A stretch of DNA of 64,000 nt, taken from the NCBI GenBank assembly GCA_963813815.1, contig CAWFAD010000007.1, forward strand, positions 403,814 to 467,813. Reading direction: 5' to 3'. Below the pieces are notes generated by a model that was not told the DNA's origin, did no database searches, and saw only the letters and a list, made by a program, of their open reading frames with translations. A program made the position numbers and the translations under genes. Below are positions 18,201-29,110 of this stretch, in pieces. The DNA is from an uncultured bacterium. GTDB taxonomy: Bacteria; Krumholzibacteriota; Krumholzibacteriia; Krumholzibacteriales; Krumholzibacteriaceae. Each line of letters starts with the position of its first letter. Positions within the stretch are counted from its first letter, which is position 1.

Positions 18201-19744
18201 AGGATTTCGCCTACGTCGCCGTGGCCGCCGTCCTCTTCGCGTGCCTCCTCGTGCCGCTGCGCGACTGCATCGTCGATGACACGTTCATCCATCTCCAGTA
18301 CGCGCGCAACCTCGCCGATCGCGGGGAGCTCTCCTTCAACCGCGGCGATCCGACGTACGGCGCCACGAGCCCCCTCTGGGTGGCGTTGCTCGCTCTTTTC
18401 CGCCGCGCGGGCGCCGACATCCTCATTTGGTGCCGCGTGCTCTCGTGGCTCTTCGCGATCGCCTCGATCATGCTCGTGTACCGGATCGCCGCGCGAATCG
18501 ACAAAGATTCGGCGGTGCCCGTCGCCGCCGCGTTCATCGTCGCCACGGAAGCCTGGTTCGTGCGCTGGAGCGCGGTCGGCATGGAAACCGCGCTCGCGGT
18601 CTTCACGGTGACCGTGGCGCTCGACGCCGTTCCCCGGGCGACGCGTTCGGCCTCCCGCTCGGCGGCGCTCGGGCTCGCACTCTTCGTCGCCGCGCTCGCC
18701 CGGCCCGAATCCCTCCTCCTCGTGCCCCTGACGGCGCTGGCCCTGCTCGTCGCGCGGGGGGCGCGACCGCGGCACTTCGTCTTTCTCGCGGTCTTCGCGC
18801 CGCTCTTCGCCGCGTGGCTCTATCTCATCCACGCGCACACGGGGACGTATTTTCCCCTGACGGCGGGGGCGAAGCAGGGGCGTCCCGTTCTCTCGGCGCT
18901 CCTCATCGGGCGCTCGCTCGTGCCGCTGCGGATCATGGGCTCGACGATGCTGCTGCCGTGGCTCGCCCTCGTCGCGGGGCTCGCCGTCGCGATCGGGCGA
19001 GACCGCTCGATCGGCTCCGCGTTCGAGGAGCGCCGGGGAATCCGCGAGATGCCCGGCGTGATCGTCATGCTTCTCTGGGCGGCGGCTCTGCCCGCCGCGT
19101 ACGTCGCGCTCGACTTCCAGGTGCTTTCCCGCTACCTCGTGCCGGTCGCGCCCGCCGCGGCCATTCTCGGCGCCGTCGCCGCCCGCCGCCTCTTCTCGCG
19201 TCTCGTCCGGAGCCCGGGCGGGAGGCATACGGCGCTGGCGGTGTTCGTCTCTCTCGCGATCGTTCAGAGCGGCTGGGTCTACGCCGTCGCCGTCGTGCCT
19301 TCCACGAGGGCCTTCTCGCGCGCGCTCATGCGAACGGTGGCTTCCATGGGCAAGCTGATCGATCACGTGGCTCCCGCCGAGGCGATCGTCGCGACGCCCG
19401 ACATCGGCGCGATCGGCTACTACGCGCACCGGCGGATTCTCGATCTCGGCGGCCTCGTGAGCCCGGAGATCAACCGCATGCGCCGATCCGTCGACGTCGA
19501 GGAAATCATCGAGCGAGGACTCTACCTGCGTTTCGGCCCGACGTATCTCGTCGACCGGAGCGCGACCGCCGCGCGGTTCGAGGGGAAGGTCATCGACGGC
19601 GTGCTCTTTACCCCGCTGCGGCAGGGGACGGTGCCCAATCTCGGGATCCGGAAACCCGACCCCGTCGTCTACGTGCTCTACCGGCTCGATAGCGTGGGCG
19701 AGGACGGCCTGCCTGTCCCGGACGGCGAGGGGGAAGCGCCGTGA
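18191..19744 (+). CDS. GT-C multi-pass glycosyltransferase (AftB-like DD motif)
   Basis: VDDTFIHLQYARNL after TM1; GATSPLW, GMET, RPE, RYLVP, DIGAIGYY...DLGGL. Confidence 0.75.
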   Translation: MQIKDFAYVAVAAVLFACLLVPLRDCIVDDTFIHLQYARNLADRGELSFNRGDPTYGATSPLWVALLALFRRAGADILIWCRVLSWLFAIASIMLVYRIAARIDKDSAVPVAAAFIVATEAWFVRWSAVGMETALAVFTVTVALDAVPRATRSASRSAALGLALFVAALARPESLLLVPLTALALLVARGARPRHFVFLAVFAPLFAAWLYLIHAHTGTYFPLTAGAKQGRPVLSALLIGRSLVPLRIMGSTMLLPWLALVAGLAVAIGRDRSIGSAFEERRGIREMPGVIVMLLWAAALPAAYVALDFQVLSRYLVPVAPAAAILGAVAARRLFSRLVRSPGGRHTALAVFVSLAIVQSGWVYAVAVVPSTRAFSRALMRTVASMGKLIDHVAPAEAIVATPDIGAIGYYAHRRILDLGGLVSPEINRMRRSVDVEEIIERGLYLRFGPTYLVDRSATAARFEGKVIDGVLFTPLRQGTVPNLGIRKPDPVVYVLYRLDSVGEDGLPVPDGEGEAP

Positions 19745-20553
19745 ATCTTTCCGAGCCCGTCATACCCAGCGACATACCTGCGGAGAAGCTCCCGGCGCTT
19801 CTTCGCAACTGGCATTTCGGCTCGAAGGCGCGGCGTCATCTCTCGCGCCGCCGTTTCCTCGAGGTGGCGGCGCTTCTCGACGGCGCTCCGCCGGGGCGGG
19901 CGCTCGACGCGGGGTGCGGATGGGGATACGGTTTGTTCCTCCTCGGACGGAGGGGGTTCTCTCCGTACGGCATCGACATCGTGCAGGACGATTTTCCCGC
20001 GGCGCGGCGCATCGCCTCGGCGAACGCTCTCGACGCCTCGCTCGTCGGCGCCGACCTCGGCGCTCTGCCGTTCGCGGGAGGCTCGTTCGCGGCCGTGACC
20101 GCGGTCGAAACGATCGAGCACGTGTTCGCGGAAGATCGCGCGCGCGCGTTTCGCGAGGCCTCGCGCGTGCTGGTTCCCGGCGGCGTTCTCTCGCTCTCGA
20201 CGCCCAACCGCCGCTCGATCGTCGAACGGGGGAAGCGCGTCATCGTGCGGTTCCCGCGGCTCAAGCGGCTGTTTCCGGGGATGTGCTATCCGGCCGGCCG
20301 CGTGACGCGCGAGCACTATCATCCCTATCGCTATCACGAGCCGGTGAAGGAGTCCGATCTGCGGCTCATGCTCGAGGAAGCGGGGTTCGATGTCACGCTC
20401 ATGAAGACGATCATCTTCGTGTGGAAGAGCGTTCCCGACGCGCTTTTTCCGCTCTCGAGGCTCGTAGAATCGGCGCTCGAGCGCGCGCCTCTCGTTCGCG
20501 ACATGGCGAGCACGCTCGTCGTGCGCGCGGTGAAGGTGCGGGGAGGGGAGTAA
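19741..20553 (+). CDS. Class I SAM-dependent methyltransferase
   Basis: LDAGCGWG, ETIEHV, RVLVPGG...STPN. Confidence 0.88.
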   Translation: MNLSEPVIPSDIPAEKLPALLRNWHFGSKARRHLSRRRFLEVAALLDGAPPGRALDAGCGWGYGLFLLGRRGFSPYGIDIVQDDFPAARRIASANALDASLVGADLGALPFAGGSFAAVTAVETIEHVFAEDRARAFREASRVLVPGGVLSLSTPNRRSIVERGKRVIVRFPRLKRLFPGMCYPAGRVTREHYHPYRYHEPVKESDLRLMLEEAGFDVTLMKTIIFVWKSVPDALFPLSRLVESALERAPLVRDMASTLVVRAVKVRGGE

Positions 20554-20672
20554 ACGGAAATTTCGCAAATATCGAGAAAAAAGGTCGACCGCGCCGCTGG
20601 GCCACCGTGCAACCTATTATAAATAAATAAGTTAAATATCAGCAAGTATTTTTATGAGCGCAAAAAAAGGTG

Positions 20673-20705
20673 TTGACAGGTGGGGCATCGTGGGGTAAGG
20701 TGGGG
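20673..20705 (+). promoter_or_regulatory. dcw (mraZ) sigma70 promoter overlapped by three MraZ-box repeats
   Basis: TTGACA 20673-20678, 17 nt spacer, TAAGGT 20696-20701. GTGGGG at 20680, 20690 and 20700 (10-bp period). AT-rich tract upstream. Confidence 0.85.
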
Positions 20706-20758
20706 GCCGATTTACTTTTCGCCGAGCAATATGACCTCAAATAGTAATCGGGACTCGC

Positions 20759-21247
20759 ATGGAAGACGCCAAGGTGCCGTCGAGAGAAAACAGAAAACCG
20801 GGGGATGAGTTCCTGGGCAAGGCCCTGTGCCCGCTCGACGAAAAGAACCGCCTCACGATTCCGGTCAAGTTCCGCAAGCTCGTCCGCGAGGACGCAGCCG
20901 GCGGACGGCATCTCGTCATCTGCCGGGCGAAGGATCATCGCACGGACTGCCTCGCCCTCTACACGCTCGAGTACTTCAACAACATCATGGAGAGGCTGCG
21001 CGCCCTCGACCCGGGATCCGAGAAGCGCCGCCTCATCCGTTTCTACAGCAACGAATCGGAGCAGCTCCGGATCGACAGCTACGGACGCATCCAGATACCG
21101 CAGGAGTTTCTCGAGGTGCTCGGCAACGCGCGCGACCTCGTCGTCAGCGGCGAGTCGGATTACCTCGAGATCTGGAAACGCGAGACATTCACCAGGGTGA
21201 GGGAAGAGGGACTCGAAGGCTTCTACGGTGGCGACTTCGAGCCATAG
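20759..21247 (+). CDS. mraZ: Transcriptional regulator MraZ
   Basis: FLG.....LDEKNRLTIPVKFR, IDSYGRIQIP, YLEIW; first gene of the dcw cluster. Confidence 0.92.
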   Translation: MEDAKVPSRENRKPGDEFLGKALCPLDEKNRLTIPVKFRKLVREDAAGGRHLVICRAKDHRTDCLALYTLEYFNNIMERLRALDPGSEKRRLIRFYSNESEQLRIDSYGRIQIPQEFLEVLGNARDLVVSGESDYLEIWKRETFTRVREEGLEGFYGGDFEP

Positions 21248-21256
21248 GGATTGCGC

Positions 21257-21634
21257 ATGAAGGTGTACCGGTCCGACAAGGGGGGCATCGGAATCTGGAA
21301 GCTCGCGGGCGTCGTCGAAAGGGATGACGCCCTCGTGCTTCTGCGCACGCTTCGAGAGGCGGGGAGCGGTTCCCGAGGCTGCTTCATCATCGATTTCGAG
21401 AACGTGAGGCACGTCGATTACCGCGCCTTCAGCGCGCTCGAGGAAGGGTGCCCCGACGGAACGTGCGTGCTGCTGAGCGGGCTGAGCGACTACGTTCTCG
21501 ACATCTTCGCCTTCGTCTCGCGCCGCAACATCTTCGATGTGTTTCCCGACTGGAGAAAAGCGCTGAGATACCTGTCCGTCGAGCGGGGAAAGCTCGGCCC
21601 ATCTCTCGCGGCGCATGCCGCGGGCGGCAAGTGA
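21257..21634 (+). CDS. STAS-domain (anti-sigma-factor antagonist-like) protein
   Basis: IIDFENVRHVDYRA...LSGLSDYVLDIF..V....FDVF....AL follows the STAS pattern. Alternative start TTG 21251. Confidence 0.75.
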   Translation: MKVYRSDKGGIGIWKLAGVVERDDALVLLRTLREAGSGSRGCFIIDFENVRHVDYRAFSALEEGCPDGTCVLLSGLSDYVLDIFAFVSRRNIFDVFPDWRKALRYLSVERGKLGPSLAAHAAGGK

Positions 21635-21642
21635 CATGGAGC

Positions 21643-22575
21643 ATGACGGAAGAGCTGCATACGCCCGTGATGGCCGAAGAGGTTTCGAAGCTTCTGCTCG
21701 TGAACCGGAACGGGTTCTACGTGGACGGCACGGTGGGAATGGGCGGGCACGCGGAGGCGATGCTCCGGCTGGGCGGAGACCGGCTCACGCTGCTCGGAAT
21801 CGATCGCGACCCCGCCGCGATCGAGATCGCCCGCCGGCGCCTCGAGCCTTTCGGGGAGCGCGTTCTCCTCGCCCGGGGCAACTTCAGGGACCTCGCCCGG
21901 TTCGCGGCGGGGCGACGGGCGGACGGCGTGCTGCTCGACCTCGGGGTTTCTTCCTATCAGCTCGCCGACGCGAAGCGGGGATTCGGCTACCAAATCAACG
22001 GTCCCCTCGACATGGCGATGGGGCCGGACGGCCGTTCGGTGCGGGAGCTGCTCGCGACGGCGGAGGAGCGGGATATCGGACGGATCATACGGGAATACGG
22101 GGAGGAACGCCGCTATCGGGCCGTCGCGCGGGAAATCGTGCGGCGGCGCTCGTCGGGGGAGCTCGCGACGGCCGCGGCCCTGCGGGACTGCGTTACGGCC
22201 GCCGCCCCGGCGAGAGATCGTTTCGGAACGCTCTCGAGGGTGTTTCAGGCGCTGCGCATATGGTCGAACGAGGAGCTCGATCATCTCGCCGCGGCGCTCC
22301 CCGAGGCGGTTTCCCTGCTCGCTCCGGGCGGGCGGATCGCGGTCATCTCGTACCATTCCCTCGAGGACCGCATCGTGAAGCGCCTGTTCCGGCAGGAGGA
22401 GCGAGGGTGCGTTTGTCCGCCGGATTTTCCGCTGTGCCGCTGCGGGCGCGAGCCGCGGCTGCGGCTTCTCGCGCACGGCGCCCTGCGGCCCTCGCCGGAG
22501 GAGATCGAACGGAATGCACGGTCGCGGAGCGCGCGGTTGCGCGCGGGAGAGAGGGTGTCGCATGAGCTCGCGTGA
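21643..22575 (+). CDS. rsmH: 16S rRNA m4C1402 methyltransferase RsmH
   Basis: HTPVM, DGTVGMGGH, DLGVSSYQ, FQALRI, SYHSLEDRIVK, RSRSARLR. Confidence 0.96.
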   Translation: MTEELHTPVMAEEVSKLLLVNRNGFYVDGTVGMGGHAEAMLRLGGDRLTLLGIDRDPAAIEIARRRLEPFGERVLLARGNFRDLARFAAGRRADGVLLDLGVSSYQLADAKRGFGYQINGPLDMAMGPDGRSVRELLATAEERDIGRIIREYGEERRYRAVAREIVRRRSSGELATAAALRDCVTAAAPARDRFGTLSRVFQALRIWSNEELDHLAAALPEAVSLLAPGGRIAVISYHSLEDRIVKRLFRQEERGCVCPPDFPLCRCGREPRLRLLAHGALRPSPEEIERNARSRSARLRAGERVSHELA

Positions 22576-22987
22576 GAACGGACAATCCGCGCTCTACGGT
22601 TTTATGAAACGGGTGCTTGAGGGGCGCATCTCGCCGTTCCAGTTCATCTTTCTGCTCGGCTCGTTCTCCACGCTCGTGTTGCTCTACATATCGCTTCACG
22701 TCTGCTGTTTCAACGTTTCGAACGAGCTCGCGACGGAGAATGATCGGGTCGAGGCCCTTCTCGAGCTCAACGTTCGTCTCATGACGCGGTACAACGAGCT
22801 CGCCGCCCCCGGCTACGTCATCCCGCTCGCCCAGGATCTCGGGATGCGCCCGGGAACGAATGACGAGGTCCGGCGCTTCGCCGTCAAGGGGGGTCTCGAA
22901 GAAGCGGGCGAGCCTTCCTGGGCCGAAGCGGGCGTGGACCGCCTGCTCGAGCTCGCGCCGTCGCTCGAGTCGAGGATGGCACGATGA
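22562..22987 (+). CDS. ftsL: Cell division protein FtsL-like
   Basis: Lies between rsmH and ftsI; single TM helix, coiled coil, A..LGM motif. Confidence 0.65.
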   Translation: MSSRENGQSALYGFMKRVLEGRISPFQFIFLLGSFSTLVLLYISLHVCCFNVSNELATENDRVEALLELNVRLMTRYNELAAPGYVIPLAQDLGMRPGTNDEVRRFAVKGGLEEAGEPSWAEAGVDRLLELAPSLESRMAR

Positions 22988-25124
22988 CGGAGTTTCGGTC
23001 GAAACAGAGGCTGGGCGCGCTCTCGGTCGCCGTCGCGGCGATCGTGGGGATCCTCGTGTGGCGTCTCGTCTGCATCCAGATCGTCGATCACGAACGGCAC
23101 CTGGAGCAGGCGAAGAGGCAATGGATCGAGCGCAAGCTCATCCCCGCGCGCCGCGGCCACATCTTCGATCACAACGGCTTTCCGCTCGCGGTGACCCGAT
23201 GGACCTACGACGTCGGCGTGACGCCGGCGCACTTTCCGATAGAGAAGAACAAGGCGGTCGCGTGTTTGGCCGATGCGTGCGCTCTCACCAAAAAAGAGCT
23301 GCGCCGAAGGCTCGCACGGAATCACTCTTCCCACATCCCGCTCGGTCGGGACCTCCACCTGACTGACAATCAGGTATCCACGCTCTCATCGCTCGCAGGC
23401 GTGCGTCTCGATCCGAACCACGACCGCCTCTATCCTTTTGAATCGCTTCCTCAGCAGTTCATCGGCGCGATCGATTGCGACGGCAAAGGGATCGCGGGAG
23501 TCGAATCCGGGTTTCAGAACGTGCTCGGCGGCCTCGACGGCTGGGTGCTCGAGAGCAGGATCGCGGGCGACCGCCGGGGATACCAACCCGTGAACGCGCC
23601 CGGGCGCAAGGCCCTCTGCGGAGCCGATCTGTACCTCACGATCGACACGCGCATCCAGGCGATCGTCGATTTCGAGCTCGTGCGGGCCGTCGACCGCTAC
23701 CGCGCCGCCGGCGGCATGGCCATCGTCGTGGATCCGGCCACGGGGGACATCCTCGCGGTCGCGGAAAAACCCGATCGCACGATCTCCCGGGACCGGCGAA
23801 CGGCCGACGGATTCGCGCTCCGGTCGATCAACTGCATCTACGAGCCGGGATCGACCTTCAAGCTCATCACGCATTCCTACCTGATCGAAACCAAGAGGGC
23901 GCGCCCGCAGGACACCTTCTTCGGGGAGAATGGCGTCGCCGCCTTCGATTGGGGAACGATCCACGACGATCATCCGTTCCAGTGGCTCACGCTCAAGCAG
24001 TCCTTCGTCAACTCGAGCAACATCTGCACGATCAAGGCCGCGCTGGGCGCGGACCGCGAGGACTTCTACCGGTACATCCTGCGATTCGGTTTCGCCGGTC
24101 GGACCGGAATCGATCTCCCCGCCGAATCGCGGGGAACGATCCGCGAGCCCGCGGCCTGGTCCATGCGGTCGCTGCCGAGTCTCGCGATCGGTCATGAGAT
24201 CGGCGTCACGCCGCTCCAGATGGTCATGGCGTACTGCGCGCTCGCGAACGGCGGGGTGCTCATGGCGCCGCGCATCGCGGTCGAGGCGCGGAACGCCTCC
24301 GGAGACGTTTTGCGGCGCGTGCCCCCCGTCGTGATACGCCGCGTCTTTTCGGAAGAAACGGCGCGCACGATGCGCGATTTCTGCCGCGGGGTCGTGCTCG
24401 AAGGCACGGGCGTGAAGGCGGAGGTCGACGGGATCGCGGTCGCCGGCAAGACGGGCACCTCGCAGAAGATCGAGGACGGCGTCTACCGCCACGACAAGTA
24501 CGTGGTGAGCTTCGTCGGGTACGCCCCGGCGGAGGCGCCCCGGCTCGCGTGCATCGTCGTGCTCGACGAGCCGGTGTATCCGTACTGGTGGGGAGGGGAA
24601 TCCGCCGCCGTCGTTTTCAGCAGCATACTCGAGGGAATCAACCTTTCGACCGATCTTCTCTCGGGCGGGGACGCCGCCGCCGTCACGGTCGCCCGCGGGC
24701 GCGCCGGAAAGTCGCGGGTGCCGAGCTTCCTGCGGCTCACCGCGGCCGAAGCGGAGGACCTCGCGGGGAAACACGGCATCGCGATCGATTGCCCGCGGCT
24801 TCCGGGAATCGTGTATTCCCAATCCCCCGATCCGGGCACGCTCGTCGGCCGCAAGGAGCGCGTGTCGCTCATGGTGAGGCCGGAGCGTCCCGCCGGGTCG
24901 GCGAGCGCCGAGGTGCCCGAGCTCGCCGGGCTTTCGCTCCGGGAGGCGCGCCGCATGCTCCTCGGATGCGGATTCGAATGCGCCGTGCGCGGCCACGGAG
25001 TCGTCGCGCGGCAGGAGCCCGCGGCCGGCAGGGAGCTCGCGTACGGGGGAACGGTCGTCATACATTGCGCGCCGCGGCGCGGAGACCAGGCGATGGCCGG
25101 CGCACCGGCGAACGGAGCGGGAAC

Positions 25125-25128
<4 letters not shown>
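22984..25128 (+). CDS. ftsI: Class B penicillin-binding protein FtsI with two PASTA domains
   Basis: RRGHIFD, EPGSTFK (SxxK), SSN, KTGT; VPSF.. and VPELAGLS PASTA repeats. Confidence 0.93.
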
Positions 25129-26598
<1,470 letters not shown>

Positions 26599-26609
<11 letters not shown>

Positions 26610-28008
26610 TTTCGCATGGGTGGCGCGTTCCCTCCGCCGCGCCGGGTACCGAGGCGGAGCGCCGGCCGAGGGCTCCGTGAAAGGGGTTTCGATCGACACG
26701 CGCGGCGGCTGCGCGGGAGCGCTCTTCGTGGCCCTCGCGGGGGAGCGTTCCGACGGGCACGATTATCTCGATCGGGCGGTCGCCGGCGGCGCTTCGGCGC
26801 TCCTCGTCGCGAGCTCCCGGCGCGCGGAAGCGCTCGCCGCGGCCGGAAGCTCCGCTGTGTTCGACGTTCCCGACACCCTCGTCGGGCTTCAGACCCTCGC
26901 CGCCGCGTGGAGGGAGCAGGTGAATCCGCGCGTCGTCGCGATCACCGGCAGCGCGGGCAAGACGGGAACGAAGGATCTCGCCGCGGCGATTCTCGCGCGG
27001 CGCTACGCCGTGCACGCCACCCCCGGCAACCTCAACAACCATATCGGCCTTCCCTTGACCCTTCTCGGCATGGAGAGCGGCGCGGAGATCTGCGTCACGG
27101 AGATGGGCGCCAACCACCGCAAGGAGATACAGGCCCTCTGCGAAATCGCGAAGCCCTTGATCGGCATCGTCACGAACGTCGGTCCGGCGCACCTCGAGCA
27201 CTTCGGAACGCTCAAGGGAGTGGCGGTCGCGAAGGCCGAGCTCGTCGAGGCTCTGCCGGCCGATGGAACGGCCGTGCTTCCCGCCGATGACGAGTTCGCC
27301 GCGTTCCTCGCCGGACGCACGAAGGCGCGCACGATCACCGTGGGCTTCTCCGCCGGTGCCGACCGGCGCATCACGGGGCTCGAGAGGATCGAGGGGGGCG
27401 GGTACCGGTTCCGCGTGGGCGAGATCGAGCTCGCGACCGGCCGGTACGGCGCGCACCACGTTCGGAACGCGGCCTCCGCCGCGGTCGTCGGGACGATCGC
27501 CGGGGTTCCTGCCGAGGAGATCGCCGCCGCGGTGGCGGAGGCGAGGCCCGGCGAGGGACGCGGCGCGGCGTACGACATCGACGGCGTGATTTTCGTCGAC
27601 GAGAGCTACAACGCCAATCCGGCGTCCGTTCGGGCGGCGGTGGATGCCTTTATGGAAATGCCCGGAGACGGCCGCCGCTGGCTCGTTCTCGGCGACATGT
27701 TCGAGCTCGGGAGCCTGAGCGGCGAGCTCCATCGCGAGACGGGAACGTACTGCGGGCGCGCGAAGTCCGACGGCATTCTCACCATCGGAAAGGATTCGGC
27801 CGAGCTCTCGCGGGCGGCCGCGGAGCAGCGGAAATCGCCCGAGCTCATCACGCATTTTCTCGACGTCGAGACGCTCGCCTCCCATCTCGCCACCCTGCTG
27901 CGGCCCGGCGATCTCGTGCTCGTCAAAGGCTCGCGCGGCATGCGGATGGAGCGGATCATCGATGCCGTCGAGCGATCGCGCGGGGTTTCGCGCCGGAGGA
28001 TCGACTGA
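26599..28008 (+). CDS. murF: MurF ligase
   Basis: ITGSAGKT, NLNNHIGLP, EMG, DESYNANP, LGDMFELG, LVKGSRG. Confidence 0.95.
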
Positions 28009-29093
28009 TGCTGTACCATCTTCTGTACCCGCTCCGCGATTACTTCTTCGCCTTCAACGTGTTCCGGTACATCACGTTCCGTTCGGCGTACGCGATGGTC
28101 ACCGCGCTCGCGATCTGCTTCATCTTCGGGCCGCGCTTCATCCGCTGGCTCCGGGCCGTGCAGATCGGCCAGCGTGTCCGTGCCGAGGTGCCCGAGCGGC
28201 ATCAGGCGAAGGAAGGAACGCCGACGATGGGGGGGCTCCTCATCATCGCGGCGACTCTCGTTCCGACGCTTCTCTGGAGCAATCTCGCGAACCCGTACGT
28301 CCAGCTCGCCATCGTCGTCACGGTCTGGACCGGTCTCATCGGATTCGTCGACGACTATCTCCGCGTCGTGAAGAAAACCGAGAAGGGGCTCGTGGGGCGC
28401 TACAAGCTTCTCGGCCAATTCATCTTCGGGGCCGCGCTCGGCGTGTTTCTCTTTATGAATCCGCTCGCCCGCGAGGGGGCGACGCAGAGCGCGATTCCGT
28501 TCCTCAAGTCGTACTACATCGAGTGGGGGATCCTCTACGTCCCCTTCGTGATTTTCATCGTCATGGGATCGTCGAACGCGGTCAATCTCACGGACGGCCT
28601 CGACGGGCTCGCGGCGGGCGCCGCCGCCTTCAGCTTCTTCGCGTTCGCCGCGCTCGCGTACCTCAGCGGCCACAAGAACTTCGCCCAGTATCTCGGCATT
28701 CCCTATCTGCCCGGATGCGGCGAGCTCACCGTGTACTGCATGTCGGTCGTGGGGGCCTCGCTCGGCTTCCTCTGGTACAACACGCACCCGGCGCAGATCT
28801 TCATGGGGGACACGGGCTCGCTCTCTCTCGGCGGCGCGCTCGGCACGGTCGCCATTCTCCTCAAGAAGGAGCTTCTCCTCGTCGTCATCGGGGGGATCTT
28901 CGTCGCCGAGGCGCTTTCCGTGATTCTCCAGGTCGGTTCCTTCAAGCTCACGGGGAAACGAATATTCAACATGGCGCCCTTCCACCATCACTTCGAGCTC
29001 ATGGGCTGGAGCGAGGAGAAGGTCGTCGTTCGGTTCTGGATCATCGCGGCGCTGCTGGCGCTTCTCAGCATCAGCACGCTCAAACTGCAATAA
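28008..29093 (+). CDS. mraY: Phospho-MurNAc-pentapeptide transferase MraY
   Basis: TPTMGG, GFVDD, NAVNLTDGLDGLA, FMGDTGSL, MAPFHHHFE. Confidence 0.97.
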   Translation: MLYHLLYPLRDYFFAFNVFRYITFRSAYAMVTALAICFIFGPRFIRWLRAVQIGQRVRAEVPERHQAKEGTPTMGGLLIIAATLVPTLLWSNLANPYVQLAIVVTVWTGLIGFVDDYLRVVKKTEKGLVGRYKLLGQFIFGAALGVFLFMNPLAREGATQSAIPFLKSYYIEWGILYVPFVIFIVMGSSNAVNLTDGLDGLAAGAAAFSFFAFAALAYLSGHKNFAQYLGIPYLPGCGELTVYCMSVVGASLGFLWYNTHPAQIFMGDTGSLSLGGALGTVAILLKKELLLVVIGGIFVAEALSVILQVGSFKLTGKRIFNMAPFHHHFELMGWSEEKVVVRFWIIAALLALLSISTLKLQ

Positions 29094-29110
29094 GGGATCG
29101 GAGAAACGGC

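Noticed and set aside
20670..20705. Mini-CRISPR or G-quadruplex reading of the GTGGGG repeats
   Set aside because: The 10-bp period and position at the mraZ promoter fit MraZ boxes; no spacers or cas genes.
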